Assembly: GCA_039802205.1 (NCBI GenBank)
Contig: JBDRWD010000004.1
Coordinates: 11,229-75,228, forward strand
Source of the DNA: a candidate division WOR-3 bacterium
Lineage (GTDB): Bacteria > Hydrothermota > Tepidihabitantia > SM23-42 > JAOAFX01
DNA: 64,000 bases
Direction of reading: 5' to 3'
In this document: positions 9,304 to 18,700 of the stretch, piece by piece
How the letters are laid out: every line of letters begins with the position of its first letter
How positions within the stretch are numbered: position 1 is the first letter of the stretch
Program-made: the position numbers and the translations under genes
The notes under the pieces: model-generated
Told to the model about the DNA's origin: nothing
The model's database searches: none
What the model saw: the letters and a program-made list of their open reading frames with translations, nothing else

Positions 9304-10583
9304 ATTTGCTGGTGAGTCTATTCAGCACCATTAATTTTTTTGTCCAGCCGGTATTGTATCACACCCCATTGACGACGATGGATTCCTCAGGTGCTGAAAC
9401 CCGGATCGAAAATATATTTTATCTGGAGTTCAACTGTGCCATTCCTTATAATGAACTTTTTTATCGTGAAATTGGGGGCAAAATAATTGCTGATTGTGGA
9501 GTAAAATTGAAGATAGTTAACCGGAGACTGGCTGATTCGCTTTTGGACTCTTTAAGTTATCAATTCACCATTCCCTCTTTTTCCCAAGCGGCTAAGGAGC
9601 AGATGGTATTCTATCTCCAGTTTGGCCGGTATCTTACCCAGGGCGAATATGACTGGTCAGTCACCGTTAGTTGCCAGGATAAATACGGTAAGGTCCAAGG
9701 AAGGCGAGCGATTTCGGAATTGGATTATCTGATGAGCGATATCCTGTTAGCCCAATCGATTACTCAGGATACTACCGGCGGTTTTTTGACCAAGGGTAAT
9801 CTGCGCGTGGTACCTAATCCATCAGGAATTTTTGAGTCAAAAGCGAAAAATCTTTTTATTTACTACGAACTATACAATATTAAAATTGCTGGAGACAGTT
9901 TGCGGGTGACTTATCTTATCACCGACTCCCACAAAAAAACCGTAAGGAAAATAACCAGGTATGTCGCAAAAAAGTTTTCCCGACAGGCGTTGAATTTGGG
10001 GATAAATATTGAAGCGTTGAAGCCCGATTCTTATCAACTTACTGTCATGGTGGACGATTCCGTAAACTCCCGGCATCTTGCCAAACAAGTAGATTTTCAA
10101 ATCCAGGAGGCAAAAGTCCAACCGCTGGAGATAACTACCGAAGATTTGCCTTATTACGAGGCGATTGAGTATTTTGTCAGTCCGCAAGAATATAAGCACT
10201 TTCAGGGTTTGGATGGAGAGGGAAAGAAATTGTATCTGAAGAAATTCTGGCAGAAACATAACTATCAAGAGATAGCCCAAAGGTATGAATATGCGGACGC
10301 ACATTTTCAGGAGGGATATTTGGCTGGCTCCAAAACCGACCGCGGGCGAATTTACATAAAATACGGACCACCGGATGAGGTGGATAATAAACAATTTGAA
10401 GAAGCCAAGCCTTATGAATACTGGCAGTATTACAACGGCTTGGAGTTTATCTTTGTTGATGTCCGGGGAACGCAGGAGTATATTCTGGTCTGGACGAATG
10501 CCCCAGATGAAAAATCCAAACCCGGACTATATCGGTATTTGCCAGTTTTTAAAAGGCGGGAAATAGGTGAAGATAAGGAGTGA
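9300..10583 (+). CDS. GWxTD-domain protein, paralog 2.
   Basis: C-terminal GSKTDRGRIYIKYGPPDEV...YEYWQY. ATGA overlaps paralog 1. The shared motifs indicate a tandem duplication. Confidence 0.6.
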   Translation: MNLLVSLFSTINFFVQPVLYHTPLTTMDSSGAETRIENIFYLEFNCAIPYNELFYREIGGKIIADCGVKLKIVNRRLADSLLDSLSYQFTIPSFSQAAKEQMVFYLQFGRYLTQGEYDWSVTVSCQDKYGKVQGRRAISELDYLMSDILLAQSITQDTTGGFLTKGNLRVVPNPSGIFESKAKNLFIYYELYNIKIAGDSLRVTYLITDSHKKTVRKITRYVAKKFSRQALNLGINIEALKPDSYQLTVMVDDSVNSRHLAKQVDFQIQEAKVQPLEITTEDLPYYEAIEYFVSPQEYKHFQGLDGEGKKLYLKKFWQKHNYQEIAQRYEYADAHFQEGYLAGSKTDRGRIYIKYGPPDEVDNKQFEEAKPYEYWQYYNGLEFIFVDVRGTQEYILVWTNAPDEKSKPGLYRYLPVFKRREIGEDKE

Positions 10584-10586
10584 ACT

Positions 10587-11237
10587 ATGGAAACGAATGC
10601 CTTTAGAGAGGAAATAACCGAAATCTTAAATAAAAAATCGTCTGTATTATTTCAGCTCCTGGATGATATCAAATCTTTGCTCAACAAAAATATTGAATGG
10701 AGTATAAAACTTCACGATGAGGTCCGTTTGCTCCGCACCCTGTTGGCGTCTTCTACACTTACCAAGAAAGAAAACATCGCCATATTCGTTGATTCGCAGA
10801 ATCTCTACTATTCGGCTAAGATGAGTTACGGGGCAAAAGTCAATTATGAAAAATTATTGCGTCTTATCACCGGCGACCGCAATCTGGTTAAGGCGTACGC
10901 CTATATCGTCCAGCCCCCTGAAGGAGATGTAAAACCTTTTGCTACGAGCCTTGAACATATCGGATATATCGTAAAAATAAAAGATGTGCGAACCCGGGCG
11001 GATGGTTCGGCAAAGGCTAACTGGGATATGGGGATTGCACTTGATATTCTGGGAATGATCGATTACGTTGATACTATTGTACTTGCCTCAGGTGATGGTG
11101 ATTTTGTTCCACTTGTAGAATTTGTGAAAAACCGTCATAAACGAGTGGAGATATTTTCATTCCCGGAAAATACCGCTTATGATTTAAAAGAAAAAGCCGA
11201 TCGATTTGAACCCCTTGATGAGCGGGTGATATTGTAG
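10587..11237 (+). CDS. NYN-domain (LabA-like) protein, predicted RNase.
   Basis: IAIFVDSQNLYYSAK...LASGDGDFVPLVEFV, a NYN/PIN-like acidic-residue pattern. RBS AAGGAG lies 6 nt upstream. Confidence 0.7.
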   Translation: METNAFREEITEILNKKSSVLFQLLDDIKSLLNKNIEWSIKLHDEVRLLRTLLASSTLTKKENIAIFVDSQNLYYSAKMSYGAKVNYEKLLRLITGDRNLVKAYAYIVQPPEGDVKPFATSLEHIGYIVKIKDVRTRADGSAKANWDMGIALDILGMIDYVDTIVLASGDGDFVPLVEFVKNRHKRVEIFSFPENTAYDLKEKADRFEPLDERVIL

Positions 11238-11264
11238 TATCACTTAGTTAAAAGACGGGATTAC

Positions 11265-12104
11265 ATGATTGATTATCATATCCATAGCCAGCACTCAATT
11301 GATGCGGAAGGAACTCTACGCGAATATTGTGAATCTGCATTGAAACTGGGCTTGAAAGAGATTTGCTTTACCAATCACTGTGAACTGGATCCTTTAAGGG
11401 ATGATAATCTGGTAAGGATTAATGGAACAGTGCGACCGTTAAGCCGAGAGGCGTTCAGTCAATTGCAAGAAGAAATTTTTGAACTCAGTGAAGAATACAC
11501 AAAAAAGGGTCTCAATATCCGATTTGGAATGGAGGTTGGTTTCTTCAAAGGGATTGAAAAAAGGTTAAATGAGATACTTGATGGATTGGAACTCGATTAC
11601 CTCCTTGCCGGAGTCCATTGCCTTGAGCATATCTGTATTGATAGTTCTAAGGAATGTCATAATTATTTTCAAACCCATTCCGTGGAAAAACTCCTTGAAG
11701 ATTATTTTTCAACCATGGAATTGCTCGTCCGCACCCGCTTATTTGATGCGATTGCCCATTTTGATGTGTACAAAAAATATGGATGGAATTTCTATGGTGA
11801 TAAGATTAAAAATTTTGATCAGGACCGGGTTTATGGACTTTTTAAACTCATGGCAGAGTATGAGATCGGGTTGGAGATAAATACCGCGGGTCTGCGCCGG
11901 CATAATGAGTTCTATCCTGCACCCGAATTTGTTAAACTGGCTAAAGATGCGGGGATAGAGGTCATTACCATTGGTTCTGATGCTCACCGGACCGCAGATC
12001 TGGGAAAAGGGATAGCTGAGGCACTCCAATATGCCAAGACATGGGGATTTGACCGGGTTTATAAGTTTAAAGGACGGTGTCGATTACCCCTTGACATTCT
12101 TTGA
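11265..12104 (+). CDS. PHP-family phosphoesterase (histidinol-phosphatase HisJ-like).
   Basis: The N-terminal DYHIHSQHS..NH motif and later H/D metal-ligand motifs fit the PHP domain. Confidence 0.75.
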   Translation: MIDYHIHSQHSIDAEGTLREYCESALKLGLKEICFTNHCELDPLRDDNLVRINGTVRPLSREAFSQLQEEIFELSEEYTKKGLNIRFGMEVGFFKGIEKRLNEILDGLELDYLLAGVHCLEHICIDSSKECHNYFQTHSVEKLLEDYFSTMELLVRTRLFDAIAHFDVYKKYGWNFYGDKIKNFDQDRVYGLFKLMAEYEIGLEINTAGLRRHNEFYPAPEFVKLAKDAGIEVITIGSDAHRTADLGKGIAEALQYAKTWGFDRVYKFKGRCRLPLDIL

Positions 12105-12201
12105 AAGTTAGTTAAAATATATAATAGTAAGAGAATTGAATCCATTAACGCGCATGAATAATTATGTACAAAAGTTGGAAAAAAGAAAGGGGGTGAGATT
12201 T

Positions 12202-12232
12202 AAAAAGAAATAACGGTTGCGTATTTCTTTTT
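12202..12232 (+). other. AT-rich hairpin in the 5' region of the S8 protease gene (terminator or attenuator-like).
   Basis: AAAAGAAATA-acggttgcg-TATTTCTTTT inverted repeat followed by TTTTTAAT. It lies 20 nt upstream of the RBS and ATG of the 12254 gene. Confidence 0.3.
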
Positions 12233-12253
12233 AATCATGAGAAAGGAGGATAA

Positions 12254-15200
12254 ATGGGATTGCTTTTGGTTGCATTAATTGTCGTTAATGAATCCTGTCT
12301 GGTTGCCTACCAGAGTGGAACATACACACCGCCTTATCTTCCTGAATATGACTACATTGCTATCGCGGGTTACTATTTTAACCCACGGGAAAGATTACCG
12401 GAAATTCCGGTCGAGCTCACTGGCGAATCCGATTACTACTTGATCCACATAAAAGGACCGGTCTATGAAGATATGAAGAAAACAATTGAAGCTCAGGGAG
12501 TGAAGCTCATTCAGTATATTCCGTTCAATGCCTTTATTGCACGGATGGATAGGAGTAAAAAGGATTTGGTTGAAGGGCTCTCTTTTGTGAACTGGATAGG
12601 GAATTATGAGCCTGCTTACAAAATCAGCACCTTATTCAAAGAATTGCCCGATGAAGATGAATGGCTTGTATTTCCATTCCCGGATGAGAACATTTATCTT
12701 TTAAAGCGCAAACTCGAAAACCTTGGTTGTAAAATCTTGGAGATTTCTGATGATGATTATTGTCGGGTGATTAAAATCCAGTCCGAGCGGAATCATCTTA
12801 ATACGATTGCCCGGATGACAGAGGTGATGTATATTGAACCATATCTCCAACCCGTTGCCTATAATCAATCGGCTCAGTGGGTGACCCAGACCTGGAAGCA
12901 AGTAGATAGGAGAATCTGGCGCAAAAACCTGATGGGTCAAGGACAGGTGGTGAACACTGCGGATACAGGAATACTCACTTCCCATGATATGTTCCGGGAC
13001 CCTGCCGTTTCAATCACAACCTGGGGGAATTATCCCACCCACCGCAAGATCATTGCCTATCTCCAACCCACGGGTTCCTCGGCGGCATTTGGTGATAATG
13101 CAGGCGGTAGCTGGCATGGGACTCACACTGCCGGAACCATTTGTGGCGACGATTCCTATGTCAATGGGACAAATCCGAATGATGGAATGCCATTGAAGGC
13201 AAAGATGTTCTTTATGGATATTGGAACATCTACTGGTTCTCTTTCGGTTCCATCAAACCTTGCCAATCTCTACCTTCCACCTTACAATGGTAATGCCGGT
13301 GGTGCTGCACGAATTTCTTCACATTCCTGGGGTTCCACGAGTGGTGCGGGTTCTTATACTTCATATTGCGTTACCACTGACTCCTTTATGTGGCGGAACA
13401 GGGACTTCTTAATCTGTTATGCTGCAGGGAATAGTGGACCGGGGTCAAATACAGTTTACCCACCCGGAACATCCAAAAATATTCTTACCGTCGGTGCGAC
13501 CATGAATAGCACCGCGGCAATTTATATGGCAGATTTTTCAAGCCGTGGTCCCACTGCTGATAACCGGATAAAACCCACTGTCACAGCACCGGGATATTTC
13601 CTCTTTTCATCGGTAGGACCTAATAATAATTCCTATCTGGGAATGGCAGGAACAAGCATGGCAACACCATGTGCTGCAGGCAACGCCGCGATTGTCAGAC
13701 AATACTTTGCTAAGGGATTTTATCCTTCTGGTGATTCAAACCCAGCAAATGCTTGGAGTTTCATTCCTGCTTCTCTGGTGAAGGCAATCATCATAAACGG
13801 TGCTCATCCTTCAATCGCAGGTTCAACCATTCCGGATAATAACACCGGCTGGGGTAGGGTCTGTCTTGATGATGCACTCTTCTTCAGCGGTGATGTGCGT
13901 AAACTCTGGGTAACCTATGATAGCGTTGCTACGGGTCAGTTTGATGAATTTACCATCACGGTGAACAATCAATCTGAACCTTTAAAAATCACGCTGGTCT
14001 GGACTGATTATCCGGCTACAGCAGGAGCGAGTGTGACGTTGGTAAATAATCTTGATCTACGAGTTACCAGTCCCACCGGTACAGTCTATCTGGGAAATGT
14101 CTATAGCGGTGGTCAATCTGCACCGGGTGGTTCTGCTGATAACCGGAATGTTGAAGAATGTGTGCGTCGGAATGTCCCTGAGATTGGTAACTGGGTGATC
14201 AGGGTAACAGGAACGAATGTACCCCAGGGAACAAACCAGCCTTATGCCTTAGTTGTTTCGGGTGGTCTTGGTCCAACTACGAGTCCTGTCCTTCATATTG
14301 CGGGTCAGCGAATTTACGATCCTCCTCCTGGTGGAAATTTCAATGGTCGGTGTGATGCAGGAGAGACGGTATATCTCATTGATACACTCCGAAATCTCTC
14401 CAATGTGGGGGTGACCAATTGTGTGGGTGTTTTAAGAAAAACAAGTTCTTATATCACTTTAATCGACTCTGTAGGAAACTTTGGAGACATTGCTGTTGGT
14501 GGCACAGCCCATAATGGTGGTTCTCCATTCCGGTTTTCCATATCTTCAACGACACCCGCAGGAACCTTTGTGGACTTTATTCTGCATCTCACCGGTGGCG
14601 GTGGCTATGTGCAGGATATTGAATTCAGCCTTGAGGTCGGGATCAACGAAGTCCATGTAATCTGGGGTCCCAAGACCGTCCAGGTAGCACCGGGTGATAC
14701 CCACTTCCTTTATGGTTTAGGCTATAATCCACAAAACAACCGGCTTTATGTTTGCAACTTCTACCGCCGGACTACCGGGATTGTGATGTACACTTCGGAC
14801 AGCAATGTTACCTATCTGGGTACAATTCCTGCTCCGGATTCCTGCCCAACCGATATTAAATATTGTGCTTATGATAACACCTTCTGGGTGGCGGCTGATC
14901 CGAATCCTACCGCGCCGAGTAGGATAATTTATAAAATCAACACCAGTGGCACGGTTTTGAGACAATTTGCCAATCCCGCAAATGATTATCCAACAGGGCT
15001 TGCCTGGATGCCAACATCAAGGTGGTTATATGCGGCAGACCGCAGAACATCGGCTGGTGCGACACCAATAATTTATCGTTGCGATACCCTGGGTGGAAAT
15101 GTTTCATCAGTCAATCTGACAATCGGTGATAACTATGGACCCAGGGGACTGGCGATAGAGCCTTATGGCCCTGATACAACGCTGTTACTTGTGTATACAC

Positions 15201-15727
15201 ATTTCAGTAGTGATGCAACTCCAGTACTACTTAAGATTGTACTGTATGAGCTGCGTAGAAGTGATGGTGCAGTTTTAAACTCAGTTACCCTACCGGGCTG
15301 GAATGTCCGTGGTGTGGAGTATGACCCACGCGATGGTAATTACTGGTTGACGATTGCTCAAAACCCCAACCGGGCGATTGTTAAAATACTCGGCTTCCGT
15401 GGTATTCCAGGAGTGGGTATTGATGAAGAACTGCAACCAGGACCGCTTGAGAAGATAAGCCTTTCCCCTGGTATGCCGACGCCCTTCAAAAATACCGTGA
15501 AATTCAATTATTCGGTGCCGGTCAAGATGAGAGTGCGACTTGCGGTTTACGATATCACAGGAAGACATGTTAAGACATTTGTGAACGGTGAGGTGGAGCC
15601 GGGTACCCAGACAATAATTTGGAATGGAATGGACGAGAATAATAAACGGTGTGCGAGTGGTGTCTATCTCTGCTACATGGAGACAGAACATGGTTCCGTT
15701 GTCCGGAAGTTCGTGATGTCGAAATAA
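12254..15727 (+). CDS. S8 subtilisin-family serine peptidase with a T9SS C-terminal sorting domain (secreted cargo).
   Basis: The Asp/His/Ser triad is present: VVNTADTG, SWHGTHTAG, GTSMATPCAAG. The C-terminal roughly 80 aa are a Por_Secre_tail-like domain (PTPFKNT...LAVYDITGRHV...WNGMDENN...SGVYLCYM). RBS AAAGGAGGA. Confidence 0.9.
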   Translation: MGLLLVALIVVNESCLVAYQSGTYTPPYLPEYDYIAIAGYYFNPRERLPEIPVELTGESDYYLIHIKGPVYEDMKKTIEAQGVKLIQYIPFNAFIARMDRSKKDLVEGLSFVNWIGNYEPAYKISTLFKELPDEDEWLVFPFPDENIYLLKRKLENLGCKILEISDDDYCRVIKIQSERNHLNTIARMTEVMYIEPYLQPVAYNQSAQWVTQTWKQVDRRIWRKNLMGQGQVVNTADTGILTSHDMFRDPAVSITTWGNYPTHRKIIAYLQPTGSSAAFGDNAGGSWHGTHTAGTICGDDSYVNGTNPNDGMPLKAKMFFMDIGTSTGSLSVPSNLANLYLPPYNGNAGGAARISSHSWGSTSGAGSYTSYCVTTDSFMWRNRDFLICYAAGNSGPGSNTVYPPGTSKNILTVGATMNSTAAIYMADFSSRGPTADNRIKPTVTAPGYFLFSSVGPNNNSYLGMAGTSMATPCAAGNAAIVRQYFAKGFYPSGDSNPANAWSFIPASLVKAIIINGAHPSIAGSTIPDNNTGWGRVCLDDALFFSGDVRKLWVTYDSVATGQFDEFTITVNNQSEPLKITLVWTDYPATAGASVTLVNNLDLRVTSPTGTVYLGNVYSGGQSAPGGSADNRNVEECVRRNVPEIGNWVIRVTGTNVPQGTNQPYALVVSGGLGPTTSPVLHIAGQRIYDPPPGGNFNGRCDAGETVYLIDTLRNLSNVGVTNCVGVLRKTSSYITLIDSVGNFGDIAVGGTAHNGGSPFRFSISSTTPAGTFVDFILHLTGGGGYVQDIEFSLEVGINEVHVIWGPKTVQVAPGDTHFLYGLGYNPQNNRLYVCNFYRRTTGIVMYTSDSNVTYLGTIPAPDSCPTDIKYCAYDNTFWVAADPNPTAPSRIIYKINTSGTVLRQFANPANDYPTGLAWMPTSRWLYAADRRTSAGATPIIYRCDTLGGNVSSVNLTIGDNYGPRGLAIEPYGPDTTLLLVYTHFSSDATPVLLKIVLYELRRSDGAVLNSVTLPGWNVRGVEYDPRDGNYWLTIAQNPNRAIVKILGFRGIPGVGIDEELQPGPLEKISLSPGMPTPFKNTVKFNYSVPVKMRVRLAVYDITGRHVKTFVNGEVEPGTQTIIWNGMDENNKRCASGVYLCYMETEHGSVVRKFVMSK

Positions 15728-15735
15728 CCTAAAGA

Positions 15736-15765
15736 GCGGGGCTCGGATTTAAATCCGAGCCCCGC
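15736..15765. terminator. Perfect 30-nt palindromic hairpin between the S8 and C25 genes.
   Basis: GCGGGGCTCGGATTT|AAATCCGAGCCCCGC is a perfect inverted repeat. There is no strong U-tract, so the hairpin could function in either direction. Confidence 0.5.
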
Positions 15766-15781
15766 ACATAAAGGGGTAAAT

Positions 15782-18700
15782 ATGATTAAAATAAAAATCT
15801 TGGCACCATTGTTAATCCTACCGTCACTTATTTTTTCACTACACATAACTGTTCCGGTGGACCAACTCAATTATACAATTTCTGATTTTGAAGGATACAA
15901 AAAAATCTGTTTGGAAAATGGTGTAACAGTCGGAAATCCGGGGAGCCCGGAGATTCCTTCTTTTGTTTATACCCTATTTTTACCTACCAATCAAAAGATT
16001 AAAAATGTGAATATCGCTGCCGCCGAATGGGAAGAAATTGCTGGCGAGTATCTCTTATTTCCAGTACAGCCTCCAGCACTCCTCAATGGACCATTGAAAT
16101 TTTTTGGTCCGGATTCCGAGATTTACCAGTATCCCGGATTTTATCCAGAAAATCTGGTTATTGCTTTTCATTCCGGGAATCTTCGGGGGTATCACCTCGG
16201 GCAAATTTTAATTGCCCCTTTTAGATATGAGCCAATAACAAAAAAACTCTATGTTCTCAGGAAATTGGTTTTAGATATTGAGACCGAACCTTATGCTGGA
16301 GGGATAAAGCCATATCGGCAGACAAGGTTTTCCCAGAAGATATTTGAGAATATACTCCAAACTATGTCCCAATTTAAATTTTTGGGAGGGACTATCCATC
16401 ACCCAGAGGTATCGATTGAAGATAATACGGAAGATCTGTTACCTTCTGATTTACCATCTTTTTCAGGGACTCCATTAGACTTAATTATAGTCACGACTGA
16501 ACCCTTTGTTCCAGTTTACGAAGAATTTCTGCGTTATAAAAAACTATTCGGGTTTAATGGTGTAATCAAGACAATGGAATGGATCAGGAATCATTATTTG
16601 GGAGTGGATGATGCAGAGAAATTGCGCAATTTTATCAGAGATGCGGTAGAAAAATGGGGGGTGAGTTTTGTTTTACTGGGCAATGATGTGCCAGATATTC
16701 CTACCCGCTGGGTATGGGTGGATTATGTGATGGGATCGTATCCGGCTCATTTCACCACCGACCTTTATTATTCCGACCTTGATGGCAACTGGAATTTTGA
16801 TGGCGATGAACAGTTTGGAGAGGTCTCGGATTCCATTGATCTTTATCCTGATGTCTTTGTAGGAAGAATTCCTGCCCATGTTCCAGATGATGTGGAGCAT
16901 TATCTCAACAAGACCCTTTCCTATCTTTTTGCTCTCCAGACGCCTCCCAATTCTAACGAATCCTGGCAGCGTCAGGCATTATTTGTCACAAGTATGTTCT
17001 GGTCTCAGAATGACTCTTATTATATCGCCCGTAATCAATTGAGTCCCCTCTTACCTGGCAATTTTGGAAGAAATTTTTTTAACGAAAGCTCAAAACAACA
17101 GATCCTTCGGGGCATAAAAGAAGGTTACAATCTTATTACTTGGCTTGCCCATGGTGATGTTAACCTTTTGCGAGCAAGGACAACTCCTCGAGAATATGTC
17201 TCCAATTTTGATTTTGACTCTTTGGCTAATAACATCTATCCATTTATGGTGGTCATCTCTTGCTTTACCGGACCATTCCAGGAAGATTGCCTGGGCGAGC
17301 ACTGGGTGATGAATTCCCATGGTGGCGGTATTGGATACATTGGGCCAACTAGTTCCAGTGCAGCTTATAATCATATCGATTATATAAGGACTCTATTCCC
17401 CAATCTTTTTTCTGAACCCCTCAGTGTCTCCCTAGCTTTTAGCAAGATCCCGTGGATTCCCTATGCTCAGTTTGATAACTGGCATCGGGTATTTCAGTAT
17501 TCGCTTAATTTACTTGGAGACCCAACTTTGAAATTATGGTCGGTGGTGCCACATCGGATAGATTCGGTTTTGGTAGACCCGGACACCTTAAATGTAGGAT
17601 ATGATACCTTGACTTTACATATCTTCCCCATGATTGAAAGATTTGAGGTAGTATACTACAAGGAAAATGAAGTATTTTTAAAAGATTCAGGTTTTGTCGG
17701 TATTGCGGTAACCCCTCTGCGCACCCGTTCAACAGGTTTTTTGAAATACACGATAATTGCCGATGGCTGTGTGCCTTATATTGATTCTTTATATGTGCTG
17801 CCATTATCCGGTTACCTTGTCTACCAGGGGCAGCGGGTTGTGGATACTCTTGGGAATGGTGATGGTATTCCCAATCCAGGAGAGATTATTGATCTTTTCA
17901 TTGGTTTGCGTAATACAGGCACTCAGCCTTTGGATTCAGTTTTTTTGCGGATTGCTTCTTTGGATAGTTTTGTTACTATTCTGGTGGATACGGCGCGGTA
18001 TGGCGTTATCATGCCGGGTGGGGTGGAGGAGAATCTCACGCCTTTACGGATTGCGATAGGTCCTTGGACGCCGGATGGATATGAGGTTTATTTGGCTTTG
18101 GATATTGGTGGTTTTTATTCTGATTCCTGTAGTTTTACGGTTGAAGCACCGGTGTTAAGGCTCTTTACCCAGGATTATATTTTGGATGGCGGAGTTTATA
18201 AGGTTTTGCCGGTTGTTGAGAATTGCGGAAGTGGTGATGCGGATTCGGTTTATGCATTGGTCAGGAGTTATTCGGATACAGTGGTAGTTTTGGACAGTCT
18301 GGTTTATTTTGGAGGAGTGAGTTCGGGTCATGTTGTTTCTGCACGAGATACTTTTCGTTTAATGTTGAATTATCCGGGTCGGGTTGTTTATAGTTTTGCG
18401 CTTTACAGTCGGGGTTGGCAGGCTGAAGAACGGCAGGTGGTTTTGGGTAGGCCTATGCGGGTGGATTCGCTTTGGGCGTTTGGTACTCCTAATTCTGTTG
18501 TTTTGAATTGGGTTATGGTTTCTGGTGCGGTTGGCTATAGGATATATCGGGCGTTGGAACCGAATGGTGATTTTGAGTATATTGGGAATCCCCTTACGCG
18601 GGTGAGTTATTATGAGGATTTGGGAGTGGAGTTGGGGCGGGATTATTATTATTATGTGGTGGCCGTGGATTCTTCGTTGAATCAGGGATATGCTTCGGAT

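Noticed and set aside
12101-12125. Sigma70 promoter for the first S8 gene (TTGAAA ... TATAAT)
   Set aside because: The spacer is only about 13 nt, so the hexamer pair is not convincing. Not reported.
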